The notes below the pieces were generated by a model. That model was not told the origin of the DNA, did no database searches, and saw only the letters and a program-made list of their open reading frames with translations. Positions 44,620 through 54,771 of a stretch of 64,000 nucleotides of DNA are shown piece after piece. Positions within the stretch are counted from its first letter, which is position 1. Every line of letters starts with the position of its first letter. Origin of the DNA: a virus (Duplodnaviria; Caudoviricetes); IMG/VR virus record IMGVR_UViG_2558860244_000005, positions 1 to 64,000 of that record; one strand, given 5' to 3'. The translations under genes were made by a program, and so were the position numbers.

Positions 44620-44907
44620 GTGTCGGAAGAAAAGAGCAGCCCGGTCGATCAGATGAAGGACTGGGCACGGCGCGCGCCGACGCCTGACGGTCCGGTTCCT
44701 GACACGGACAATCTGGGCGATTACCTGGGCGCCAAGCGAATGGTCGTGGTGTTGATGGATGATCGGGGGCAGGCCTTCGCGATCAACCATGTCGATCTGA
44801 AGGGCGCCCAGCTGACCCGCTTGGAGCAGCCTCGCAGCGCGATGAATGAGCTGATGGACCAGCTCGGCGTCCATGACGGTCCGAACTGGAGCCAGATCAG
44901 CGACTGA
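44620..44907 (+). CDS. Hypothetical protein on the opposite strand
   Basis: GGAG RBS and GTG start; fills the gap between two minus-strand genes. Confidence 0.5.
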   Translation: MSEEKSSPVDQMKDWARRAPTPDGPVPDTDNLGDYLGAKRMVVVLMDDRGQAFAINHVDLKGAQLTRLEQPRSAMNELMDQLGVHDGPNWSQISD

Positions 44908-44909
44908 GA

Positions 44910-45500
44910 CTACCTGGTGCGGCGGCCCCGCGGCTTCGAGGCGGCGGGCACCTCGGCCGGGATCAGGTTGCCGTCGTCGTCATATTCCTCGCTACCGTCG
45001 TCTTCGGACACCTCGACGGTGAACCGGTCCAGCAGGTCGGCGGCGCTGTCCTTCACGAAGAAGTCCACAGAGCCGGCCGCGCTGCGCAGCGTTGTCTTGA
45101 GCACCGTAGCGTCAGAGCGCACCAGTTCCTCACCGCGCTTTTCCTTCAGAGCGGCGGTTTCGGCCGACACCAGCTTGCCCCGGCCGTCCGTGATTCGCTC
45201 GCTCTCGATCGCGTAGGAGAAGGCGGAGCGCGGCATCGAGATCCGCTCGCCATCCGCGCCCTCGATCACTTCGCGCTCCGACGAGCTGCCGCCCGCCTTG
45301 TTGAGGATGAAGCCCATCCGCTCCCGCACGAGCGCGCTCTGCGCCTGGCCGTCGAGCACCAGCCAGACGAACGCGGCGCCGTTCGGATTGGCTTCTTTCT
45401 CCCTGTCCGAGAGCGAACGGACGATGCCGCCCGAGATGGCACTTGCGGGCACGACGAGGGCTTTGCCGCTGGCCTGGACCAGCTTCACGAGGTTGTGCAT
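44910..45500 (-). CDS. Hypothetical protein (196 aa)
   Basis: RBS AAGGA; start reassigned to ATG 45500; high-GC codon usage. Confidence 0.7.
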   Translation of the reverse strand: MHNLVKLVQASGKALVVPASAISGGIVRSLSDREKEANPNGAAFVWLVLDGQAQSALVRERMGFILNKAGGSSSEREVIEGADGERISMPRSAFSYAIESERITDGRGKLVSAETAALKEKRGEELVRSDATVLKTTLRSAAGSVDFFVKDSAADLLDRFTVEVSEDDGSEEYDDDGNLIPAEVPAASKPRGRRTR

Positions 45501-45583
45501 GCGTTTTCCTTTGGAGGTAGGATGGTAGGGAATTGGGGGCCGGTATGCCCAGTCAGCTAGGCAGAACCGGCCGATTACCGCAG

Positions 45584-46315
45584 TTATGGAAAAGCGGAGT
45601 TGTCGATCATGGTGATCGGAGCTGAGACGTTCCCGCCAACATATCGTCGGACGTTCATGTTGCCGCTGCCGGGGCCAGTCCGGGTAGCAAAAGCGGTCCA
45701 GCTGTTGACCAAAGTGGCGCCGTTGATCCGCCATGACGGCTTTTGGAACATAGTACTGGCTGTCGATTGGCCGCCCCCGATCGAAACAGAGTTGTAGCTC
45801 CACTTGATGAGGTTCGGCTGCCAGTTGATGCTTCGGCCGTTCGGGTCGAGCGGAGGGGTGACGGGAAGAAGGTTCTCCGGGTCGCTCGGGTCCATCACCA
45901 ACTCAAGGTTCGTGTAAGCTGTCCATCCCGCGAGCTTCAACATTCGCAGGCCGCTATCGAAAGTCACCTTCTTGTCCGACACGCGGCGGAGTCGCACCGC
46001 CCAATTCGCGGATGTACCTTCAGGCCAATTGAGGTCTACGCGGCCGAAGATCCGGATAGGATTGGAGCCCAGAGCCAGAACTCGCCACGTATTCGGCGAA
46101 ACTTCATCCAATCGGTGAATACCCATCGCCGCGCTTGCGTTCAGCTCGTAATAAAGCAGCGGCCGACCGACACAGGCAAAGGTTGCCTGCGGATTTCCTA
46201 TGCCGGAACCTGGGACGAACGCGGGCGTAACCTTGCCGACATATGCATAGGCCGATTTTTCGCTGTCGACCACGCGGCGCGACCCGCTATTCAATGCTGA
46301 AAAGCCCCAAGGCAT
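45584..46315 (-). CDS. Tail-tip-associated beta-rich protein
   Basis: Coupled to the upstream gene; internal repeat of WxxRL...FDS; follows the tail-tip gene. Confidence 0.6.
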   Translation of the reverse strand: MPWGFSALNSGSRRVVDSEKSAYAYVGKVTPAFVPGSGIGNPQATFACVGRPLLYYELNASAAMGIHRLDEVSPNTWRVLALGSNPIRIFGRVDLNWPEGTSANWAVRLRRVSDKKVTFDSGLRMLKLAGWTAYTNLELVMDPSDPENLLPVTPPLDPNGRSINWQPNLIKWSYNSVSIGGGQSTASTMFQKPSWRINGATLVNSWTAFATRTGPGSGNMNVRRYVGGNVSAPITMIDNSAFP

Positions 46316-46650
46316 CAGCTTCCTCCGACCGTGAGTATTTCGATCTCCGCCGCAACCGACTGGGTGACGCCTGCGGGGTGGGTGGCGGTGATCGTGGGCA
46401 CACCGCCAGGGAAGGATAAGGCGATTTCCTTCCCCACGATGGTAGGCGGAGTGCTGTTTGCACCGCCCGACGGATCAGCAACGTCCGAACGGACGATGGC
46501 GACCTTCTGATTGACAAGAGCCGGGTAGCTCCAGGAGCCTGTCGCATTGGCCGGGATCAACAAGGTGTCGTAATAGAACAGCGTCTCGTCGGTCCAACTA
46601 TCGTATGTCACTTCGCCAGCGGGAGTGCGGCAGCGGAAAACCCACGGCAT
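46315..46650 (-). CDS. Small tail-tip-associated protein (111 aa)
   Basis: TGATG overlap with the tail-tip gene; MPWVFRCRTPAGEVTYDS. Confidence 0.6.
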   Translation of the reverse strand: MPWVFRCRTPAGEVTYDSWTDETLFYYDTLLIPANATGSWSYPALVNQKVAIVRSDVADPSGGANSTPPTIVGKEIALSFPGGVPTITATHPAGVTQSVAAEIEILTVGGS

Positions 46651-49600
46651 CAGTCGCGCCAGCCCATTTCGACCACCCGGACGCCTTGGTAGAGAATATA
46701 GTCCGTGGTTCGGCCATTCCCGTCGACGACGATGTACTTTCCGTCGGAACCATTCCCGCCAGGTGGGACCATCTTGAACCGGTCGGCGCGAATCGCGAAG
46801 TCGGCCCGCGCGCCGTTGTTGTTCAACGCAATGCCGCTGACATAGCCACTTGCGTCGATCTCCACGCCCCAGCGGCCCATGATCGAGGTGATGTTGTTGT
46901 TGATCGTCGTGATCGCGGTGGAGTGCTGAGACACCGTCACGCCCTGGGTGCTGACGGTGGTAGAGAGGGAGGCGTATTGGGTGGTTAGGGTGGAGAGGGC
47001 TTGGAACGATTGTGTGATACTGGCTTCGGCCGAATAGGGTGTCCACGACGCGTAATTTTCCAGCTTCACCAACCTGGCGCCTGTGAGGGACAGTCCCGAA
47101 ATGCCATACCAGCTGATTTGTACGATTATTGCGGTCGTCCCATTCGGGGCCTGTCCCGTTGCGGCATTCAGCGCCCGACCCTGATTGGCGTTGTCGAAGC
47201 TGTGTCCGCCACGCTCCGCGCCAAGGACTCGCCCAATCTCCGAACCAGAGGAGTTGATAAACACCAGCGACATCCGCATGGCACCGGCCGACGCACTTAG
47301 AAGGGTGTCCACCGCAGCAGTGTAATAACCTCCCGCATCTGCAGGGACGCTCGCGCTATTAAGGAAGAAGCTCGATGCCGACGAAACGACGCGCAAGTAT
47401 CGCCCAAAACTCGATGAAAAATCGCTAGTCAGCGCACCGTCGCTGTACCAGCCTGTGGTGCCGTTATCGGGTCCGCCATTAGCCAACAGGTTCTGCGATC
47501 CGGACGCGACGCGCGTGGTCAGCGTCGCGGTCTGCGCTTGCAATGTTGAGATTGCGGACTGAGCCGAGGTTATCGACGACCCTTGCGCTGAAACTGTGCT
47601 GCTGAGGTTGGAATAATTGCCCTGCAGCGTGGAGATCGCAGTGGCTTGGCTGGCGATGGTCGAGCCCTGCGTGCTCACCGTACTGGAGAGCGACGCGTAC
47701 TGCCCGTTCAAACTGGACAGGGATGTTGCGTGGATCTCGATAACCGAACGCGCGCTGCCGGGCGAGTACGGCAGCGGCGAGGCTGACACTTCGCGGGTGT
47801 CTGCAAACTGCGGGCGACAGAACCATGCCCAGCTGTCTGCTCCAACATTGGTGGCAAGTTTGCGAAGATAGAAAACCGCACGGACGGCCTCTGCGGGTGC
47901 CTGCGCCTTGACCGACAACAGTTGATAACGGTCGACGTACATGCCGCCGCCGCCTGCTGCAGTCGTCGGAGTTTGGGGGACTCCAATGGAGTTGCCGCTT
48001 ACGTTTAGCCATTGGACAATAAGTTGGACGAGGCAACGATTCGTCGCCGCGAGTACCGATGCATCGTACCAATTTCCGCCTTTGACCGAGACGGCTTGCG
48101 TCCAGTCGCAGTAACCGCTGGAGGACGATGTGCCCTGATAGCTCGTCAGGTTGTTTTCGCCGATGATCTGCCAGTTACTGTCCGGCGCATTTCGCGAGCC
48201 GGTTGCTATTTGGTCCACGGCATAGAAATTCCAGGCAGATGTCCCAGCTGCAAGGTCTGTATTCACTAGCAAATTGCCGCCACCAGCCACTATCTGCGTG
48301 CGCAGCGTGGCGATGTCGCCGCCCTGGGCGCTAGTGGTCGACTGCAGGCTGCTGATCGACGCCCCTTGCGCCGACACCGTACTCTCCAGCGTCGCCGTCC
48401 GACCCGAAACGCCGCTGATCGCCGTCGCGTTTTGGCTGATCGAGCTTTCCGCCGTGCCCACACGCGTCGTCAGGCTGGCGATGTTCTGGTTCGCCGTCGT
48501 GATGGCCTGGGCGTTCTGCGAGATCGAGGCGCCCTGAGTAGACACCGTGCTCGACAGCGAGGCGAGATCGCCCTGCACGGCGCTGATGGCCTGGGCGTTC
48601 TGATTGATGGAAGCGCCATTCGCCGTGAGCGTGGTATCGATCGACGCAAGCCGCCCCGTGTGGTTGCTGACCGTCTGCGCCAGGCTGGTGATCGACGCGT
48701 TCTGATCGCCCAGCGTGGTCTCGATCGTGTCGATCCGGCCGCCCGCAGCAATGATGTCGGCCTGCGCGGTGGCGAGGCTGGCTCGGGTCACTGCGGCATC
48801 GGCCTGGATTTGATCGGCCGTCGCATTGATCGAGGCGATATCGGCTTCCAGCTCGGCCTTCGTCTCGGCCGCGACGGTCTGCATCTGGACGATCGTCGCC
48901 TGAGCCGCCGCGATGTTGATCGTGGCCTGCGCAACATCGATGTCGAGCTGGTCGAGCTGCTGCTCCTGCTCCTCAAGCTGGCCGACCACTTCCTCGGCAG
49001 GCTTTCCGGCAACGTCCGTTCCGGCCGGGGCGCCGACCGTCGCGTTGTCCTCCGGCTTCGTGCCCGCCGGGTCGCCTACGTCCGGCCAGTCCACGCTCGC
49101 AGCGAGCGGCTCAACCTTGCCCGCGGTGCTCAGGCCCTCGATCGACAGGGATAGCGTGCAGATCGTCGAATCGACGGCAATCGAGAAGTCCTTGAAGAAC
49201 CCGTAGACGGTGAGGGTTTCCATCCCCTCCTTGCCGATCCACAGCGAGGGCTTCGCGCGCACCGCGGCGATGCGCCCGGCGACGAGATCGATGGCATCGC
49301 GGCGCAGCTTGGCGGGCAGCGTCATGCGCTTCGCCCAGGCGCGCTCCACGATCTGGATGTCACCGAACTCGTCCGCTTCCTTCCGGCTAAAATCCGTGAT
49401 CCCGGCCTTGGCGTCGTCGGTGGTGGAGCCGAGCCCGACCAGCTTGCCGACCAGCAGGGTGCCGACTTCGACAGTCCCCGGCCCGGTAACCGTCACCGTG
49501 ACCTGTCCGGCCGTTCCCGGAAGATCGAGGAAGGTGACAGTGCCGGCCGCATTCGGCGCGACGGTGCGGTCATAGCCGGCGGCCTGGACGCGCACCGTGG

Positions 49601-50342
49601 CTGCCTTCACGTCGAGCAGCGCCGCCGCGTCGATCGCGCCCGCTGCCAGCGTCACCGCGATCTGGCCGGGGGCTTCGGTGGTCGAGCCCAGCGCCTGGTC
49701 GAACATCGCCCACCGGTTCGTCGGGCCGATGTCGCGCCACTTGCCCGACACCCCGGCCGGGTCATTGCCCTTGTTGCCGATCGCGCCGCTTTCGTAGATC
49801 CGGTGCGTCGCCGCCTTGATGACGCGGGCGCCGAGCGGATAGGTCGTGCCCGCCGCCCATTCCGGATAGTCGTTCTCCGGCACGGACGCCGCAACCAGCG
49901 CGCCGCCCTCGATGGCGGCAGGCTGGAGCAACTGCAACGTGGAGGCATGGCCGAGCGGCGCGGGATCGCCGCCGGGATCCGCGAAAGCCTCCGTTGCCGT
50001 CAGGGCCTCGACGGTCAGGGTGCAGTAGGCCTTCGGCGGCACCGGCAGGTCAATCTCAAAGTCCTTGAAGAACCCCCGGAAGTCTAGCCAGTCCACGCCC
50101 TCGTCAGCGATCCAGCGCGCCGGCTTTGCGCGGATGGCGGCAAGGCTCGCCTGGAGCGCGTCAGTCTGGTCGAACGGCACAACCAGGCGCACGGACATGC
50201 GCCGCGCAAAGCCGCGCTCGACGACGGTCGTCACGCCATAGTCGTCGGTCACCCGGCGGCTATAGTCGACAATGCCGATCGTCGGCGTGGCTTCGGTCTC
50301 GCCCAGGTCCAGCGTTTCGCCGCTGTCGAGAACTACCCTCAC
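46650..50342 (-). CDS. Fused tail-tip / host-specificity protein (duplicated Dit-like domain, coiled coil, CBM-like modules, DUF1983-like C-terminus)
   Basis: Two copies of G(I/T)xD(Y/F)SR...VER.(F/W)A(R/K)RM...GFFKDF; heptad repeats; RWGVEIDASGYVSG...FAIRADRF. Confidence 0.8.
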   Translation of the reverse strand: MRVVLDSGETLDLGETEATPTIGIVDYSRRVTDDYGVTTVVERGFARRMSVRLVVPFDQTDALQASLAAIRAKPARWIADEGVDWLDFRGFFKDFEIDLPVPPKAYCTLTVEALTATEAFADPGGDPAPLGHASTLQLLQPAAIEGGALVAASVPENDYPEWAAGTTYPLGARVIKAATHRIYESGAIGNKGNDPAGVSGKWRDIGPTNRWAMFDQALGSTTEAPGQIAVTLAAGAIDAAALLDVKAATVRVQAAGYDRTVAPNAAGTVTFLDLPGTAGQVTVTVTGPGTVEVGTLLVGKLVGLGSTTDDAKAGITDFSRKEADEFGDIQIVERAWAKRMTLPAKLRRDAIDLVAGRIAAVRAKPSLWIGKEGMETLTVYGFFKDFSIAVDSTICTLSLSIEGLSTAGKVEPLAASVDWPDVGDPAGTKPEDNATVGAPAGTDVAGKPAEEVVGQLEEQEQQLDQLDIDVAQATINIAAAQATIVQMQTVAAETKAELEADIASINATADQIQADAAVTRASLATAQADIIAAGGRIDTIETTLGDQNASITSLAQTVSNHTGRLASIDTTLTANGASINQNAQAISAVQGDLASLSSTVSTQGASISQNAQAITTANQNIASLTTRVGTAESSISQNATAISGVSGRTATLESTVSAQGASISSLQSTTSAQGGDIATLRTQIVAGGGNLLVNTDLAAGTSAWNFYAVDQIATGSRNAPDSNWQIIGENNLTSYQGTSSSSGYCDWTQAVSVKGGNWYDASVLAATNRCLVQLIVQWLNVSGNSIGVPQTPTTAAGGGGMYVDRYQLLSVKAQAPAEAVRAVFYLRKLATNVGADSWAWFCRPQFADTREVSASPLPYSPGSARSVIEIHATSLSSLNGQYASLSSTVSTQGSTIASQATAISTLQGNYSNLSSTVSAQGSSITSAQSAISTLQAQTATLTTRVASGSQNLLANGGPDNGTTGWYSDGALTSDFSSSFGRYLRVVSSASSFFLNSASVPADAGGYYTAAVDTLLSASAGAMRMSLVFINSSGSEIGRVLGAERGGHSFDNANQGRALNAATGQAPNGTTAIIVQISWYGISGLSLTGARLVKLENYASWTPYSAEASITQSFQALSTLTTQYASLSTTVSTQGVTVSQHSTAITTINNNITSIMGRWGVEIDASGYVSGIALNNNGARADFAIRADRFKMVPPGGNGSDGKYIVVDGNGRTTDYILYQGVRVVEMGWRD

Positions 50343-53300
50343 TTCGCAACTCCCGAAACAGCGAACGCCCGGCCGCCCGAATCCGCGCTCGTATCTTCCA
50401 GCACCCGCGCGGAGCGGTTGACGCCGTTGACGATCGCCGCCTGACCGTTGTTCAGATCGGCGCGCAGCTGAGCCACTTCCGTGCGGAGCGCCCGCAGCTC
50501 AGAGACATTGTCGTTGCTGCCGCTGGTCGATGACGTTCCCGCCGTGGCGCTGGTGGCCGCGTCGATGGCGGAGGCCGCCGTGGCCGAGGCGGACGACGTG
50601 GAGGAACCACCCGCGTAACCCTTGGTCGCGTCGATGACGCCTTCCAGGCTGGCCGCCGTCTCCGCCTTGATCCGCTCCAGCTCCTGCCGGCTCGTGGCGA
50701 CGTTGCCGGCGACTTCGAGCAGCGACTGGCTGAGGTCGGCCAGCTTGGCAGCCGCCTCCTGATCGCCGCCCCGCGCCGCGAGCACGGCGGCATTGAACTG
50801 CCCCTGCAAGGTGGCGAAGCTGGCGGCATCGCTGCCGCCGGTGAGGCCGCGAATGCGGTTCACTTCGTCCACCAGGCTATCGCTGACCGATTCCCACGCC
50901 TGGCGCAGCTGCTCGGCCGCCGTGGCCGCCGCTTCCTGCGCCTGGGTGAGCTTCTCCTGCGCGGCGTTGGCGTCTTCGATCGCGTAGAGCTGCTGGAGCA
51001 AGGCGCGCTGCGCGTCGCTGGTGGCGTCCCGCAGTTCCTTGGCGCGGGCGATGGCCGTCGCGGTGCCTTCGTCGCCCTGGGCCTCGGCGATCCGCGAACG
51101 GATGTCGTTGAGGGCATCCGCCTCCTTGTTCATCGCCTCCTGCCGCTTGATCGACAGAAGCTGTTCGAGCTGGGCGTATTCCGCCGCCGTGGCGCCCGCC
51201 TCGGCGAAGATCGAGCGCAGGTTGGCGAATTCCTTGTCGATCGTGTCGAGCTCGGCGCCGACCGGATCGAGGTACGTCTTCAGCTCGGTGAACACGTTCT
51301 CGAAGCTGAGCGCCTTGTTGATCTGCGCGGACAGATCGTCGCCCGCCTTCAGCAGGTTGTTCGTGGAGGCGCGGATGCCGTTGATCGCGCCGCGCTCGAT
51401 CGCCAGTTTCATCGCGTAGGCCACGGCGGCCTCGGCGTCGTCGTTGAAGTCGACGGCGCCCTTCTTGACCTTGAGCGAGGTGCCCCCGGCGTTGACACGG
51501 TAGTCACCGTGCCGAACGCCGACGCTGATGTTGCCGAAGTTGCCGATGGAGCCACCGAACTGCGAGGCGAGATCGGCCAGGCCGCCATAGATGCTGTTGC
51601 CGGCGGCCAGCGCCGCCTTCTGCGACGATCCGCTGTTTCCGGACGTGCCGGAGACGCCCGCTGCCGACAGGTCGACCCGGCCCCACTTCACCTTCGTGAA
51701 GGCGCTGCCCAGAGCGCTGCCGAGCACACCGCCGAGCACCGAACCGAGCGGACCGGCGAACTGGCCAAGGCCCTTGGACAAGCTCTCCAGCCCCTTCGAC
51801 AGCGTCTTCTCCACGACCTTGCTGCCGCCAAGCGCGCCACCGATCGCGGAGCCGGTCTGCTCGGAAGCGGACTGTCGACCAAATAGTGCGCTGCCGGCAA
51901 CAAGGCCCATGCCTGCACTTTGAACGAGGGAAGTCATCAACTTCCCGAATTCACCGCTCTTTTTGAAGACCTTGGAGAGTTCCGACCCGATGGTCTTCGA
52001 AAGGACGTTGCCCTGGCTATCCTTTTCCGTTCCCAAACCAATGTTGAGCAGATTGCCGAACTTCCCGCCAACCGCAGACGTATTGCCAGTCAGCAACCCG
52101 AACAACGTACCGAGCCCTTTGCCAGCGCCGCCGAGGTTGCCCAAGGTGTTCACAAGATCGCGGTATTGGTCGTCGAGCAATGCGACGGCCTCTTTCTCTC
52201 TTGCGAGATCCTGCATTCGTTCATCCCAGCGCGCCTGGGACATGTTGCCGACCTCCTTCTGGAAGTCGGCCCAGTCTTGTTCCTGCCGCTTGGCAAGCTG
52301 CTCCGCCACATCCAGCACCATCCGGCCGGTCGCGTCCTGCAAGAACTTGTCCAGGTCGAATGCGTCCTTGGCAGCCTTTGCTGCCGCAGAACCGGCCTCT
52401 TTGCCGGCCTTTTTCGCGTCCCTTTTCATACGGGCGATGGCGCGGGCCTGCGCGAAGGGGCTGATCTTGTCTGCCAGTTCGCCGATAAAGTCGCGCTGGA
52501 TTGTATCGCCCAGCGTCTTGGCGACCCCCTTGCCCAGCTTTGCCGCCGCGCCGGTGTAGCTGTTGGCCACCTTCGCGATCTGGGGGGCTGTGAGCGTTGG
52601 CAGGGTGAGGCCCGCCTTCGCCAGGATGCGGTTTGCCTCGGACACGAAGCCGTTGACGCCGTTGACGGCAGAGGACAGCAGCTTGTTGATGGCGTCGATT
52701 GCCATGTTCACTGCGCTCAGGAAGATGTCAGCGACACCCGCGGGGATCAGCTTGAAGTTCTCGAGAATTGTGCGGGGCACAAGTGTCATAAGGCCGATAA
52801 GCCTATTCGCAGCCCACTTCGCCCAATCTACAACGGTCGCCCATACGTTCCCCGTTTTGATGCCGAAGGCGTCGAAGGCGGAAGATAGCTCGCCCTTGAG
52901 CGCTGCGGCCACCGCATCCCATGCACCCAGCAAGGTGTCAGACCATGTGACGGTCACCTTGGCGTTTTCGTTGATTGAAGAAGTCAGCAGTGCCACGCCG
53001 GCCGCTGCTGCGGCCAACACCGCAAGAAAGGGAACGAACGGAGCGATCAGGCCCGCTGTGGCAGCAATCAAGCCTTTGATGCCGATACCAGCTTGCGACA
53101 TGATTCCGTTGATTTGGGTGCCCTGTTGAACAAGAGCGGTGAATGCCATTTTCAACGGCGCCGAACTCTGCGCCGCCGCCAACAGCTGGACGCCCAGATC
53201 TTGGAACTGAAATGCCAGGTTCTGAACGTGATGACCTGCAAGTTTGGAGGTGTTGCCCGCTTTAGCGATGCCGGAACCTACTGCCGCGAGGTTGTCGTTT

Positions 53301-53437
53301 GCCGCCTTCGCCGACTTGGCGATATCGTTGGACGCGTCCTTCACGGCCCGCTTCACCTTGTCCATGTCGGCCTGAAGGCGCGCGACTTCCGCCACGATTT
53401 CAATGGAAAGGCGCCCCGCCGGTATACCTCCTGCCAC
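50339..53437 (-). CDS. Tail tape measure protein
   Basis: ~1030 aa Ala-rich; VQNLAFQFQDLGVQ...LVQQGTQI; start reassigned to GTG 53437. Confidence 0.9.
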   Translation of the reverse strand: MAGGIPAGRLSIEIVAEVARLQADMDKVKRAVKDASNDIAKSAKAANDNLAAVGSGIAKAGNTSKLAGHHVQNLAFQFQDLGVQLLAAAQSSAPLKMAFTALVQQGTQINGIMSQAGIGIKGLIAATAGLIAPFVPFLAVLAAAAAGVALLTSSINENAKVTVTWSDTLLGAWDAVAAALKGELSSAFDAFGIKTGNVWATVVDWAKWAANRLIGLMTLVPRTILENFKLIPAGVADIFLSAVNMAIDAINKLLSSAVNGVNGFVSEANRILAKAGLTLPTLTAPQIAKVANSYTGAAAKLGKGVAKTLGDTIQRDFIGELADKISPFAQARAIARMKRDAKKAGKEAGSAAAKAAKDAFDLDKFLQDATGRMVLDVAEQLAKRQEQDWADFQKEVGNMSQARWDERMQDLAREKEAVALLDDQYRDLVNTLGNLGGAGKGLGTLFGLLTGNTSAVGGKFGNLLNIGLGTEKDSQGNVLSKTIGSELSKVFKKSGEFGKLMTSLVQSAGMGLVAGSALFGRQSASEQTGSAIGGALGGSKVVEKTLSKGLESLSKGLGQFAGPLGSVLGGVLGSALGSAFTKVKWGRVDLSAAGVSGTSGNSGSSQKAALAAGNSIYGGLADLASQFGGSIGNFGNISVGVRHGDYRVNAGGTSLKVKKGAVDFNDDAEAAVAYAMKLAIERGAINGIRASTNNLLKAGDDLSAQINKALSFENVFTELKTYLDPVGAELDTIDKEFANLRSIFAEAGATAAEYAQLEQLLSIKRQEAMNKEADALNDIRSRIAEAQGDEGTATAIARAKELRDATSDAQRALLQQLYAIEDANAAQEKLTQAQEAAATAAEQLRQAWESVSDSLVDEVNRIRGLTGGSDAASFATLQGQFNAAVLAARGGDQEAAAKLADLSQSLLEVAGNVATSRQELERIKAETAASLEGVIDATKGYAGGSSTSSASATAASAIDAATSATAGTSSTSGSNDNVSELRALRTEVAQLRADLNNGQAAIVNGVNRSARVLEDTSADSGGRAFAVSGVAK

Positions 53438-53507
53438 GAAACGACTCCTGTTATTGAATACGTAAGGGTTCCCGCGTACGGGTGCCCGCACACGAGGGGG
53501 ACGACCA

Positions 53508-53819
53508 ATGGCGGAACTGACTACCGGCGAATTGATGCTGATCGAGCAGAGAGTGACCAACGCCAGCAAGAGCGCTGGCGTGGCCTATCTGCTTTGGATT
53601 TTCACTTGGCCGGTGAGCGGCCATCGGTTCTATCTTGGACGCCCTGGGACCGCGATTTTGCAGATCCTGAGCTATTTCGTTCTCATCGGTTTCGTCTGGC
53701 TCCTCATCGACGGCTTCCTCATTTCCGGAATGATCCGAGATGGTCAGAACCGCGAACGGACCCGCTTGATGGATTACCTGCGAGCGGAAAAGGATGAGAA
53801 GGCGGTCGCGGCCGCTTAG
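53508..53819 (+). CDS. TM2-domain membrane protein (moron)
   Basis: KSAGVAYLLWIF...GHRFYLGR...LIDGFLI; opposite strand. Confidence 0.85.
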   Translation: MAELTTGELMLIEQRVTNASKSAGVAYLLWIFTWPVSGHRFYLGRPGTAILQILSYFVLIGFVWLLIDGFLISGMIRDGQNRERTRLMDYLRAEKDEKAVAAA

Positions 53820-54277
53820 CGCTTCAATGTCGCTACCATGGCCGCGAATTGGGCCTCGACCCGGCTGCGAGCAAGTTCCTGATCGACCTGCACCATAGGC
53901 TCAATGCAGGTAGGCTTGCGCGCGTCGTCACGCTGGTTGACGAAGGCCCGCGACAGCCGTCGCAGTGTCCTCGCCTCCCAAGGGGACAGATCGACCCCCA
54001 TCAGCCGCGACCACTCCGCCATTTCGGAGAACCCGATGGGGACAGAGGTTTCGCCAGCGGGCGCGGTCGGCCCGATCTCCAGCAGCCAGTTGGTAAGGTA
54101 GGGCGCGGGATTGTGGGGCAGGACCGGCTCTTGACCCCGCGCCTTCAGTGATTCCGCGCGCGTTACCGGCTCGGGCGGCTTGCCCGCGCCGGTGTGTTCG
54201 ACGCGCGGAGCCGTATTCAGCCAGGCGAGCTGACGAACCCAGAGTTCGAGAGCGACTGCGACGCCTTCATAAAATTT
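53816..54277 (-). CDS. Tail chaperone GT extension reached by -1 frameshift at A AAT TTT
   Basis: Heptamer 54277-54271 in the gpG frame; -1 frame open to 53816 (LELWVRQLAWL...WEARTLRRLSRAF). Confidence 0.75.
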   Translation of the reverse strand, partial: KFYEGVAVALELWVRQLAWLNTAPRVEHTGAGKPPEPVTRAESLKARGQEPVLPHNPAPYLTNWLLEIGPTAPAGETSVPIGFSEMAEWSRLMGVDLSPWEARTLRRLSRAFVNQRDDARKPTCIEPMVQVDQELARSRVEAQFAAMVATLKR

Positions 54278-54666
54278 TCCCAGCTCTTGGTATCGACGCC
54301 CATGTGGTCGCGGATGTAGCCGAGATGGTGGTCATTGTAGACGGCGGCGACAGTCTCCTTGTCACCGTTCGCGCCCGGATACTCCAGGCCGTTGAACCGC
54401 TTGGTGATGGCGCAGAGGAACTCGATCTCGTCTTCGGTCTCGTTGTCGAGCGCCGCCTCGAACTTGCCGTTGGCTTCGCGGGACCGCTTGATCGCCTTTC
54501 GGCGACGCGCAGCATCGGCGACCTGCCAGATTTTGGAGCCAGGGCCGAACACCGTAGCAGTGATCGGCGCCTTGGTCTCGGGGTCCAGGAAGGGCGAGCC
54601 GTCGGCATTCTTGACGGGAAGATCGGAAACGTCCGCAACGCGGTGGTTGGTGATGATGAGAGCCAT
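54217..54666 (-). CDS. Tail assembly chaperone (gpG-like)
   Basis: Between tail tube and TMP; ITATVFGPGSK; slippery site near the 3' end. Confidence 0.8.
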   Translation of the reverse strand: MALIITNHRVADVSDLPVKNADGSPFLDPETKAPITATVFGPGSKIWQVADAARRRKAIKRSREANGKFEAALDNETEDEIEFLCAITKRFNGLEYPGANGDKETVAAVYNDHHLGYIRDHMGVDTKSWENFMKASQSLSNSGFVSSPG

Positions 54667-54723
54667 GCGGCTGTCCTTTCAGGGAAGGGTGTCGGCCGGT
54701 CACCCTGATGACCGGCCGACATG

Positions 54724-54744
54724 AAAAACCCCGCAGAAGCGGGG
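54724..54744 (-). terminator. Intrinsic terminator after the tail tube gene
   Basis: Minus strand CCCCGC-TTCT-GCGGGG-TTTTT. Confidence 0.7.
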
Positions 54745-54771
54745 CGGAAGCTCAGGGACAGTTGGGTAGCA

